Of a stretch of 64,000 nt of DNA, positions 13,571 through 25,098 are shown piece after piece. The translations under genes and the position numbers were made by a program. The stretch comes from Selaginella moellendorffii (Eukaryota; Plantae; Lycopodiophyta): contig NW_003314264.1 in assembly GCF_000143415.4 (NCBI RefSeq), forward strand, positions 1,566,733-1,630,732. The letters run 5' to 3'. The notes beneath the pieces were generated by a model. That model made no database searches. It was given only the letters and a program-made list of their open reading frames with translations, and had not been told where the DNA came from. Positions within the stretch are counted from its first letter, which is position 1; each line of letters opens with the position of its first letter.

Positions 13571-15356
13571 TCACAAAAGCTATCAAGATATCTAAAATTA
13601 GTGACTAATAATCTGTGCTTGCAACAAATGTTTAGTTTACTTATTTTCTCTTATTTATTTTAGTTTATTATATTAATTAAGTGCAGGCTGGGTGATAGTG
13701 AATATACCTAGAATAACTTTGGATATTCTTGGATATCTACCATCTATTGGTTGATATGCAAAAATATTGTGCTTATCAATTATAAATAATTATAATAACA
13801 ACTTAACCACGACAAGGCATATTTTTGGGCTTAAGATGGAGTTTTTATGACACTCTAATACTCTAAAATATGAGAGAGTAGAGTTGGACTATTGATATTC
13901 ACAACATAATTACTATAAGAAAGTTATTTAGTTAAAGCTTGTTTCAGTATATAATCGTTTAAAAAAGATAATTTTATTCTGGTATATGATTATTGAATAA
14001 AAATGTGACTTACATTTTTACACATAAACATGTGATTCCTAACAAATATTTAATAATTATAAATGTAATTACATTTTAATTAATAATAAATAAGAAAGAA
14101 CTACTATTGCATGCAATACACAAAAAACATTTTATGCATGTTTTATGCAGCAATAATAATAGTGTCATTCTTATTAAGTATTTTTGAATAATCCAATTGA
14201 TCAATAATTATAAACATATATATAATCTATAAATAAATATTAATCTTATTCCATATTGACCATTAGATGGTAGAATATTCTAGAATATTTAGGTACAGTC
14301 CCCTACAGGTTTTGCTTAAACAAACCAAAACTTATCTAATTACCCTTTTGTATTATGAGTGCATGGAATACATAAATATGCATATTTAATTAACCCAAAA
14401 ACCCTAGATCATATATAAGAGCAAATGGTCTAATGTAACACATTTCAATTGGGGTTGAGTTCTAAGCTCATGAAATGAGAGTTTGGTACACACTTAAATC
14501 CCTTATAAGCACCTAACTCCCTATACTTAGCTCTTATATGAAAAATGGTGTTAAATAAAGTGTGATATAATTTTAATATACTAGTGATCTAATGTGAGGA
14601 GATGGGTACCCCATCAATTAACACAACATAGATTCAGATCAAAGCCAGATGTAGAATAAAGAGTGACACATCTTAATAAAAGCTAAATGAATGTCTTAAA
14701 TTGTCAATTATGCTTCTAACTACTATCCTTACTATACATTTAGAATTGTATATATCCCCTTCCCTACATGGAATATAAAAATGTGCAAATTTGATTAACC
14801 CAAAAATCTTGGTCTATATTGAAGCCAATTCAATAGCTACCAAAATTATACTATCTTAATAATAGTATATGGCATTTTATCCATACACTTTGACCTCACA
14901 TAACAAATATATTCTTATTTATTATTAATTAACATAAAATATATATTGTTAAATATCTCTTAATTTGTATAATTAAAAAGTATATTAAATTTATATAGCT
15001 TAAGTAAAGAATAGGTATACATTTGGCTTAATTATAAAAACAAAGAATATGTGGATGCATATATTTCATTTATAGATCAACATATCTACCAATGCTATTT
15101 ATGCTATGTTTCTTTAAAAATTACATTTTTTATTCAAAATATAGAGATCTACAATGTATAGATATTATATTAGTTAGTTTTTTTTATATTAGTACATCTG
15201 GAGGAGTAAATTAATAATGACAATAAGTAATAACAATAAAAATATGTTATAAATATATATTATCATTAGTATATTACTAAATAGTATTTATAATTAAGTA
15301 AAAAAGTGGAAAATATTTTAAAACGTTCAAGGAATTTAGGAAAAATAGTTTTGTGA

Positions 15357-16329
15357 AAATTTCTTATACTGTGGAATTTAGTACTAACAATACTAACATA
15401 TTTAATATTTGATTGTCAATCTCAAAAAATCAATATAGCAGTCATGCCACTTCATTTTTCAGATGCACATATAGATTTAATTATAAGATCAATGAGGTAT
15501 TTACCTACTATGGCAGGTATTCATAACACAAGTAGATATGAACTTGGAATTTCTTGGGGATATCCTACCACTGTTTCTCTTACTTATATGAGATTTAAAA
15601 CATTTAAACAAAGTGATAGAGAATCTCCACAATGTAGTGTAGAATCTTTAGAAAATGAAAGAATATTTGTTTCAGGTAGACTTCTATTAGAAGCATATAA
15701 AAGAATGGTTGACTTGGTTGAATTTGCAGCACAATCTAGAGCTTATGGACATGTTCAAGTTGTTATGCCATATTTTCTTGTAGATTATTTCACAATTTCA
15801 AGTCCAACAAGAAATCCTAATCAACCACCACAACCAAAACTACCACCTATACTTCTCTCAAATAAATTATTTTTTGCAAAAGTTAGAATTAAAAACAAAT
15901 GAAACTAGTAATATTATTGATTTTGATTTGGTTAATTGCTGGCCATATAGTTATATAGTAGAAGCTGGAAATTTAAAGATGATAGGATCTTATATAACCT
16001 CAAGAAACAGTATTGTTTCAGCTAATTATAAGTATAGACTCACATTATATGAAAATTGCAATCTTGTGCTTCACAATATCAAGAAAGATTTTAATTATTG
16101 GTCAACAAAAACTGAAAATAAAGACAAAAATTGTTATTTACAAGTGCTAATCAATGGTAAAGTTGGGATATGGGGTGATAATGGTCTAGTTTGGTTGATA
16201 GAATTGGATTGTAATAAAATAAATTGCATTATGGTTGGTCTTGTTTTATATGTGACTAATTCAGGTATACTTATATTAAAAGATACAACTACTGGAAAAA
16301 TATTTTCAATCTCAAATCAAAATTCTTAA
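15357..16329 (+). pseudogene. Intronless putative secreted protein: unknown N-terminal domain, Pro-rich linker, bulb-type (GNA/B) lectin domain; one frameshift
   Basis: ORFs 15444-15902 and 15874-16329 join if one T is removed from the T6 run at about 15870-15875. C-terminal SANYKYRLTLYENCNLVLH..YWSTKT..CYLQVLINGKVGIW..LVW is B-lectin-like. In-frame upstream KFLILWNLVLTILTYLIFDCQS resembles a signal peptide. Confidence 0.6.
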
Positions 16330-16865
16330 TTTAAAATATTTGAAATCTATTATCATAAAGGAGAGAATTTTAAAATTATTTCACTCCATAAAAGGCTATA
16401 GAGGGTGGTAAATTTTTTCACCATTTGGGATCTTAATCTTGGAAAAGAGCTTGAAAATGTTAGCCAACTTATAATATATTTTTCTAGGAGCATGATTGAG
16501 GTGAGGTAGTAACAACATGAGAAGCAGAGGAAATAGAGCTCGTCCCTGGTGTACTTTTCTCCCTTTTTCTTTACCTTTGATCCCTTTAAACAATTTTTCT
16601 TCTTGCAAACAACACACACGACACCACTGACTCAACACATTAACACACTAACACTCCGAAAAACATAAGAATCGATCCAAGTGTAGCTTACCAAACTAAA
16701 GTACAGCATTGTAAGTTTGTGACAACAAAGCAGATGAAGCTTGCTCAAGGAAGCATTTACTTTCTGGTACTGATTAGTAAAGGTTTACGTAAGTTATTGT
16801 AAACCATTATCCTAGAATATATTTGAATTTTTCTAAATGACTCATCTTTACATACTCTTCTTTCT

Positions 16866-18058
16866 TTACTCCGTCCTGGCTTCTTCAAACAAATCCAGCA
16901 GCTTCAAAGTCTGGAAGAACCAAGTTCCAAAGTTTGAATCTTTTTTTTCACTCCAAGGCTAGATTTTAGTCTACCTCTGGCACCGAGAGCTGCAAGCGAA
17001 ACTTTGGGCCGTCGTAGTGATGGAGTATGGGCCGAAACGCATCCTCCTCCAGAGCTTTACAGGCCTTTCGCACTCTCGTTCTTACCTGTATGGGATCACG
17101 ATGGGTTTTCCTTTGTAGCTCTTGCAGCTCAAGAACAAGAAAAAGCTTTCTATTCTCCTAGAAAACGAGAGACAAACCTGAGCTGGGAATCTCGACTCTC
17201 CGCGGCACTTCTTGTCCTCCCACGCAGTTGCATCGATGTTGGAGCCTCCAAAACTTGTTGCCTGGATTGGATTGATAGATTCTTTAGAGTTTCAAAGAGG
17301 ACAACGGCAAAGAAGCACTTAAGTGTAATACGTACCTCGTAAATCCCATGAAGCTGATGCGTGGAGTAATTGTATAGAAACAATGGCAGCCCCGGCTGGA
17401 TTGCTCTCACCGAGTCACGGTATCTTTGGGGAAGGCCTGCGAAGTTCTTCTAGGTGAGAAACGAGATAAAGGAAAGAAAAAAATTAAAAAAACAAGAGAA
17501 GAAAAAAAAACTTACGAGCGTTTTATGGCCGAGAGCAAGAGAAAAAATGGAGATGGTGGAGTTTTGTTTCAACGGGATGTAAGGTTTACCGAAGAGTTGG
17601 CGCTTGAGATCTTCTTGCATGGTATCGTTGTTGCACACGAAGATATACCCACCGAGGACCTCGCTCCGGGGAAGCGTCTCGGATGGAGGAAGCGTCTTGA
17701 AGCGTTTGTCCTGACTGTTTTGCGAGCCTTGCTGCTGCTGGATCGAGGCAGCCTCCCCGGTCTTGGCCGACTCCACCGCGCTGCTGCTGCTTTGCTTGTG
17801 GTGATCTTCGTGGCTGCCGCTCGCGTTCTTGGATCTTGCCGATCGCTTGGAACTGGAAGTGGAACCAGAGCTCCTGGTGGCTGCTGCATTGTCCGAAGCG
17901 CCGCTAGCGCTGGTGGGCTGTGGCTGCTGCGACTGATTTGGATGGCTTGGAGGATGGTTTTGCTGGATCGGAGGATTCGGAGGATGGCGATGGTGGTGGT
18001 GGTGATTTTGCTGCTGCGTCACAAATTGCTGGAAGTTCCACTTGCCCTCCTCGTCCAT
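16866..18058 (-). CDS. DCD (development and cell death) domain protein, NRP2/B2-like, 5 exons
   Basis: Exons 18058-17590, 17436-17336, 17261-17178, 17085-16975, 16910-16866 give KRFKTLPPSETLPRSEVLGGYIFVCNNDTMQEDLKRQLFGLPQRYRDSVRAIQPGLPLFLYNYSTHQLHGIYEATSFGGSNIDATAWEDKKCRGESRFPAQV..HHYDGPKFRLQLSVPE. The start codon is inferred. Confidence 0.92.
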
Positions 18059-18314
18059 GCACCAGATCGGGCTCCCCCAAATCGCCAGCGTTGCTATGTG
18101 ATAAACGCTCAACATTTAAGGAGGAAATCTCCCAGCTGATGGCCCCAAGCTTGCTACCACTCGATCGCTTGCAAAGAGCTCGAGCGTAGGAATCACTTGA
18201 GAGACGAAGTCGAGAAAAATCACTCTCCGCGCCACAAACCCTGTTTTAGCCTCTTTTTTATGACCTAATCCCATCGAATAATGGCCCCGCGAATTTCAAC
18301 GGCTGGACGCTGGT

Positions 18315-18390
18315 CCACGTCAGCGGCAGTTTAAAGTGGTCTTATCCACGAAAGCTGGGATATTATCGAGATGGAATATACCGGCACGTG
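18315..18390. promoter_or_regulatory. bZIP sites in the divergent promoter: UPRE-like TGACGTGG (minus, 18315-18322) and G-box CACGTG (18385-18390)
   Basis: Exact motifs in the roughly 450-bp gap between two head-to-head genes. Confidence 0.45.
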
Positions 18391-18506
18391 AACACGTATT
18401 GACGAGATTTGAACTCACGCCCTTTCGCAAAGCCGTCATTATGCGTGCTAACTTAATCTAATCTGTTAGGTCTTTGTGCTTGTATCGTTATGCGCGGGCA
18501 AACGAA

Positions 18507-19876
18507 ATGGGGGAGCTCATCTCGCGATCGCTGCTCCTCGGCGTCGCAATGCTGCTCTTGCTGCTCGCATTTGAATGGAATCTTGACTGGAAGCACCTCG
18601 GACCCCCGGCGTCGTGGGCCAGCGAGCGCTACTGCGTGAGGAAGATCGACGGCGCAGGCGGGCACTCCTCTGATTTCGGCCTCCTGGGCGTGCCCTGGTG
18701 CAAGTAAGTGCCGAAATATCGATCGACCGATCGGCATTGAGTGTTCCATTGCACGGTCTTGAAAATTTCTCTTCCAGGTCCAAGATCCCGGTGGAATGGA
18801 GCAAGAGCGAGCTCCTCTTCGGGCTCTACGACTTCTTGCCCGTCTACGCGACGCGGCCGGTCCAGCACAACCAGTGGGGGACGAGGCTGGATCACTCTTT
18901 CGGGCTGTGGTTCTTGGCGCGGCGGCTCCAGCCGGAGATTATCATCGAGAGCGGCGTGCACAGGGGTCACTCGACGTGGATCTTGCGGCAGGCAATGCCG
19001 AATGCGTCGATCATCACGCTCAGCCCCGAGCACCCCCGATCGCACGAGAGCGAGGGACCCTTCTACGTTGATGCGAAGGCATTCTACTTCACCGAGGAGA
19101 ACTTTACCGATTTTGCGAGCATGGACTGGGACCAAGTCCTGGGCGACGTAGTGAGGCACCGATTTCGCGTCGACAAGGCCAAGGTGTTGGTGTTCTTTGA
19201 CGATCACCAGAGCCATCTCAAGAGGTGAGAGCCCAAAATTTTCTCTTCTCTATCACTCTGTGCTCTTTGAAAGGGTGCAGCAGGCGCAGCAAGCGGGCTT
19301 CAAGCACCTAGTCTTCGACGATAACTATGACACTGGGTCTGGAGATGAGTACTCGCTCCGGCAAATATGTGATCAGCTTACCACCGGTGAGAGATCTAGA
19401 GATCACCGATCCTTTTTCCAAGAACCAGTTATCATCTTTGGTGAAATTTATGTTTCGCTTTGTCAGGAGGTGGCCACTCTTGCTCCCTGAGCAGCAGGGA
19501 GGCGGAGGTCCGATCCCAGCGAAAGAGAGCATGGGAGCGAGCAGTGGACATGACGGAGCTGTGCAGCATGAGCGGAGCATGGTGGGGGATCCGGGGCGAG
19601 ATGCGCGACAACTTCGACAAGATCAAAGTCCCCATCTCCCATCAGGATCACATCGAAAACTACAAGCTCGTCCAATCCATGCTGCAAATCTACTGGGAGG
19701 TGCCGCCGCTGGCCAGCCCGAGCTTGAGCTACCAGAGGGCTTACGACCCCGCAAGAACGGTGGGTCCACTCCTGGGGGAGGATGAACGGGAGGTTTACAA
19801 CAGGCTCGGGCTCGACAAGCTCGACGAGTGGGAGTTTAGCGAGTATATTCAAATGGCTTACGCGCGACTCAAATGA
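18507..19876 (+). CDS. Conserved plant protein of unknown function; N-terminal membrane anchor and SAM-methyltransferase-like motif, 4 exons
   Basis: Exons 18507-18703, 18778-19224, 19274-19387, 19467-19876 with GT-AG introns. Motifs DHSFGLWFLAR.LQPEIIIESGVHRGHSTW, VFFDDHQ, HLVFDDNYDTGSGD. N-terminal hydrophobic LLLGVAMLLLLLAF. Confidence 0.85.
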
Positions 19877-21029
19877 TCTTCTAAACACCAATCAGATTTT
19901 TAAAATATTCCTTCACAGAAAGCAGATGCTTGAAATATTTTTCTGAATTCCACTGCTCTTTTGCCAGTCAAAGCCCGCGTGGCAAAGGGGGAAAGATCCT
20001 GGCCGTACATGGTAATCCGCACGTGGTGCAAAAGTTTTCTGCATGGCCACTTTTGAAAGTGAGCAATAAACATGAAAATTTGGAATCTGATTCTACAAGA
20101 TTCCAAGATTCCAAGGTTAGTTTCATTGGGAGCAGCAAGAGACAAAGGTTAAAATTTTGTATATATTATTGTATGTAATTTTTATTTAATGAATACTTCT
20201 GGTTGTTTTTGCCTATAAATGGTTGTAATTATGAATGTATCATTCAGAATGATCTTTCCATACTTGTATTAACCTTCACATGAATCATATCTATATGAAA
20301 GGTGGTAAGATCAAGATATGTCCATAACAACACCAGGTGACAACTATGAGAGTTACTGAAAAGTGTGATGAAGTTTACTGTATATTTGTTTAGTATATAT
20401 ACAAGTTGGGACAAAGGTGATATAAATACATTAGCTAGGCACATAATTAACTTTCTTTGGTTTACATAAGTTAGTATTCCATAGCTATTGACTGCATTAG
20501 GTTGCAACCTCCTTGATCAAGTTACCATGGAGGGAGATCACAAACTAGGAAGAGAGGAGCAATTAATGCATATACACAAGGAACTTACTAATCTTCAAAA
20601 TAATGGTGCATACAAGGTGTAGATATATATCATTCATTCAGTCATTAACTGTTTACAGGGTCTTGTGGCACCCACCAAGAAGCATAAGACTGATGGATTA
20701 TAGTAAGCTGTTTTGATGATTTCATGAGCCATTTGTTTGTTGAACTCCTCTAAATCTTCTACCACCATGCCTTCTGTCCCCACCTTTGGCTTCACTGACT
20801 TGCCTGTTGCCCCTCTTGATGCCTCTTGGGTTGGAACCTCCACACAATTCTCACCTAGCCATTGGTGTTTGCAATGAGAAGTGTTGTCACCTTTGTTTCA
20901 CTTCTGACTCAATTGTGGTGTGATTGCAAGCATGTTGTCAATGACTAAGGATTGGCACTTGATCTCCATTTCTCATAGAAATTCACAAATGTCCTTAGTC
21001 CAGTGTTCACTTGTAAGAATTACATGTAG

Positions 21030-22130
21030 ATCTGCACCCCAAGGGACCTGTGGTTGATGTAGTGGAGTGTAGGTTGAGCACATGCTCCATGTCTTCAACT
21101 TCTTCATAACATGTGGGGCAGAGGCAAATATCTCACAGCAGCAGGTGTCTCAAACAATGTCCAAGTTCTATTATCAATTTGTGACACCTTGTTCTGTAGT
21201 TGGCTAGGATTCTCCTATTGCGGGGGGTGAGCTTATTATAGATTGTGAAATTGGATTGGCACCTCAGGTTGATGGTGTTCACATAAATTCCAAAGAGGAC
21301 ACTATCTTTCATCTAAGCGTCACAATATTGTTGGAGAGATTGCCTATTCCAAAACTCTAATTGTTTGATCAGTTCTGTCATCAGTGTGGAAAGGTCATGG
21401 CCAAGGGTGGCTGTCCATACCTCGAGAGTGTGCCACCAACCTTTTCTAAGAGCTTGTGCCATGTGTTGTGATTTAGCAATTGCCACGCCTGCAACTTTCT
21501 GCTTGAAGAAAAAGTATGCACTCTATACATATATGATGTAACGTCTCCAAGTGAGAATCTCCATTGGGAGTAAGCTTGTCTCCAGAACCATGATTGGGTA
21601 TGGAGCCTTATACACCCCAAATTCTCCTGAGATGAAATATTTATTGATTGCCTCAAGCTTGTCCCACATAGTCTTGCTTAATCTTGACCCCCAACTTTCT
21701 ACTCCATACAAGGCCACCATCATTACCTTGCCACTTATGTGATGTGCCTTTCTACTCTAGTTTTACACAGAATGTTTATCGATGGTGTATCCTAATTACT
21801 TTATATTCTCCATGTCCTCAATCCATTCCCCCTTGTAGTGCAATTTTCTGTGTCTGGGTCAAAAACCATCATCTCTATCTTACTTATAGAGTCACGGAAT
21901 TGTGCTAAGGCATCTACTTGGTGTTGAAGTTCCAGTTGCGAGGGGGCCAATAGAATGAGGTTGTCCACATATATGGACAATAACAGAATTATCTTGGCAA
22001 ACATGATCAAGGAGGGAGTGCACCTTGCCATAAGCATTTCCAGCCTATTAATGAATACGCCAAAAAGAGTGGGTGACAGGTAATCTTGTTAGACATCCAA
22101 TATCAAATTTAGCTTTCCATGCTAAGTTTG
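21030..22130 (-). mobile_element. LINE relic (RT C-terminal half and C-terminal Cys/His region)
   Basis: LSPTLFGVFINRLE, IYVDNLILLA, LYGVESWG and RRILANYRTRCHKLIIELG..CPTCYEEVEDMEHVL across frameshifts. Confidence 0.8.
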
Positions 22131-22397
22131 CATTTCACATAAAGAGAATGTAGAGAAACTAGATAAAGCCTATGCTTAAATCTTTATATATGGTATTCAA
22201 ATATATATTATATTACATTTTATGTTATTATGTTGTTGGAGTGGTGTGGAGTCATAAATGTCACTCCAAATCCACTCCATTATGACTCCCACTTGTCCTA
22301 TAATCTCCTTTATTAGTGCTATATCTTCCATTTTTTTCTTGGTGGAATGTCAGGCTTAGCATGCTACTACCTTGCTTTAATGGGGTAGTGAGTTTGT

Positions 22398-23922
22398 TGT
22401 AAGCAACTAAATTTTCCATTTTACTTTAGTCAATTAACCACACCTCTGACCACTTGGAAAAGTCTCACTCACAACCTTCATAAGTTCTATTCTAGACTTG
22501 GGGATTTGATAGCCCCATGCCATTCAACTTTTGCACTTGGTCCAAATACTCTATGTGTCTGATCCCATGATCAACACCCAAAGGTACCACTAACATATCA
22601 GCCCATTATGCTAAAGTCATGCCTATCCACTTTTATCACACCGATGATCTAACACCACCTATATCATAGTCCCGTTTTTCAAAAACTAGGCCATCTGTCC
22701 AGGAGTGGTTGTCCTAAATCCATTTTTTAATATCCTTAAGATGCCCACAAACATGGGGAACAACCTTCCCCAATATCCCTTTTTTGGTCCCCACCAAATC
22801 CCTTTCTATCTATAGCCGTGTTCACCAACATTGACATTAGGTCAAGGCCCAAAGACCCGACCACTATATCTCAACCTCTAGGACTTCCTCACCATATGAC
22901 TGTATTCTTGGTCTCTACACTAGAGGATTGCTCCTCTTCTTTTTCACAGTTTGGGACTTTAGGATAACATTTTGAAACACTATAGCCCTATATGAGCCTT
23001 GTGGGTACTCTCCCCACCTTTTACCTTTGGGTGCCCTATCCATATGGCTAGAGCAAGGTTCTGATGAGCTATGCTAGATATTCAAGTAGGTAGTGCCATC
23101 CATATTTGGATTGGGAGCATCGACCATTTGTTCTCCTGGAGGAGTTAAAGCTGGCTCTTGAACACTTCAAGCTACCCCTCTTGTCTATCTGTATTCACTT
23201 TAACTTTGGACTCCTTAGTGATTATATCATCATCTAACACGTGGGTATAACCTTATTTGGTCACACTGGCCTTTCCTAGCCAAACTAACACCATTGGAGT
23301 CCTCCCCCTACTATACTTTTAGAGCTCACCAAACACCCTAAGGTCTGGGAGACAAATGCTTTGGGCTTTCACCCTCAAACTCAAACTCAGACTTGGACTC
23401 GGACTTGGATTTGGACTCAACCTTGGACTCCATCTCAGTCTCGGTCTCAGTCTCGGTCTCGGTCTCGGTCTTGGTCTCAGTCTCTTTCTCGATGTCGACA
23501 TCAGACTTTATCTCAGATCCATCTTAGACTTGACCTCAGACTCCATTTCGAACTCCATCTCGGATCCATCTTGGACTCCATCTCAAGCCCATCTCGAACT
23601 CCATTTCAAATCCATCTCAAACTCCATCTCAGGTCCATCTTGGACTCTATCTCGGGTTCATCTCAAACTCCATCTTGGGTCTATCTCATGTCCATATTAA
23701 ACTCCATCTTGGACTCCATCTCAGGTCTATCTCGGGTCCATATCGCACTCTATCTTAGACTCCATTTAGACACTTCTATGTGTCATATATTAGTCCTCTT
23801 GTGTCCCTTTTCTAGAGACTCACTTACTGCTTGTTTCGTGCTTATTTCTTGAACACTTTATTGGGAGTTCCACTCCTACTCTTGACTATCCAAATCAAAG
23901 CTTTTAGTCTAAACGTGTTACA
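22398..23922 (-). mobile_element. Old solo LTR related to gypsy family B, with decayed 12-mer satellite (23370-23770)
   Basis: TGTAAG..TTACA termini; flanks TTTGT/CTTGT (5-bp TSD with one C>T). Shares ATGCTTTGGGCTTTCACC and the GACTCGATCTCG-type repeat with family B LTRs. Confidence 0.7.
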
Positions 23923-24534
23923 CTTGTTTGGCTTTTGCTTCAACCACTACCATGTGGTCCCCTTTTGGCTCCACTTTAGGGTTTAGGGATTTGTGTCTCA
24001 CATTTGTCCCTTGAAACCCTCAAGCTAGAGATAGAGTTGGCTAGGATCCCCTTATACTTTATTAGTAGATTTAGCCTATAGGTAATATGGTGTGGACCTT
24101 TTGTAAATTCTTGTATAAGAGGGAAAGTGACGAATGGTAAGCTCTCACATATTGGTCTCTGTGGTATAGCAAACATAGAGAAGTGTGTGCCTACCTCAAA
24201 ATTGCAAAATTAGAGGGGGATTGTGCTTGCTTCAAAATCATAGGACATAGACACATACACATAGAGCCCTTAGTTAATCAAATGAGTTCATCTTAGCTAC
24301 TTACACCTTAAACCTTTAGGCTAAGCAAGACATCCAAGCTCAGCCACTCCACAAGAGCCACAACCTAGCCTAGATGTAATATAAGTTTGATACAAGCTTT
24401 GTTTAAATGCAAGATTGATGTTATAGCCAATGGCTCTACACTTCAAACACGACAGCCATGGCATTAACTCAGTGCCATATAATACCTTAGACAACCTACC
24501 ACATCAACTAGAGTGTCCTCTTTGGTTGCCAAAT

Positions 24535-25098
24535 TATAAGGAACTAAAAAGAACAATTCAAGAGACAATTCATTAGAGTTCAAATATAAAGGGAAGGGGC
24601 TTATGAATAAAAAGACACATTTTTTTCCAAGTAGATAAGAGTTTTAGGATATTTAGGGCTAAGTGTCCTTAGGTTTGAATAGTATTGGGTTTCGAGAAGT
24701 TTAAATTTAAAAGCTTACATTTGGTGTTTGAAAGGTCTTGGGTCCGAGGTTAGTTGGTTAGAAGAATCATACCATATGTTGAAATTGACATTTGATAGAT
24801 CCAATTTGCCTCTGGTTGGGCTTAACTCAAGGGGCAGGGTGTCAAGAGAGTGGGGCTCTCAGCTCTCGTTCACAAGGGCATGAACTTGCAAGGATGTGTG
24901 ATGAATTGTAAGTAACCAAAAAGAACAACTTGAAAGACATTTTATTAGGGTTCAAATATAGAGGGAAATGGCCCATAAATAAGAGTGCACCTCTTTTTCC
25001 AATTAGTTAAGTCTTAGGATATTTGGGGTCTATCCTTGGGTTTAAATAGTACTAAGTTGGATGACCTACTGGGAAGTCCAAATTCAAGAGAACTTACA
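24535..25098 (+). mobile_element. Cassandra-like TRIM (non-autonomous LTR retrotransposon with 5S rRNA-derived LTR segment)
   Basis: Two direct LTRs (24535-24719, 24907-25098; T(G/A)TAAG..CTTACA), a non-coding interior of about 187 bp and a perfect 5-bp TSD CAAAT. The 3' LTR has CCTTGGGTTTAAATAGTACTAAGTTGGATGACCTACTGGGAAGTCC, similar to the 5S internal control region. Confidence 0.85.

Noticed and set aside
15868-15880. Programmed frameshift joining the two lectin-gene ORFs
   Set aside because: The shift needed is +1 at a T homopolymer with no stimulatory structure seen; an indel or sequencing error is simpler.
17426-18139. 237-aa plus-strand ORF, and similar antisense ORFs over 18629-19891 and 56847-57827
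   Set aside because: Shadows of GC-rich coding sequence on the opposite strand.
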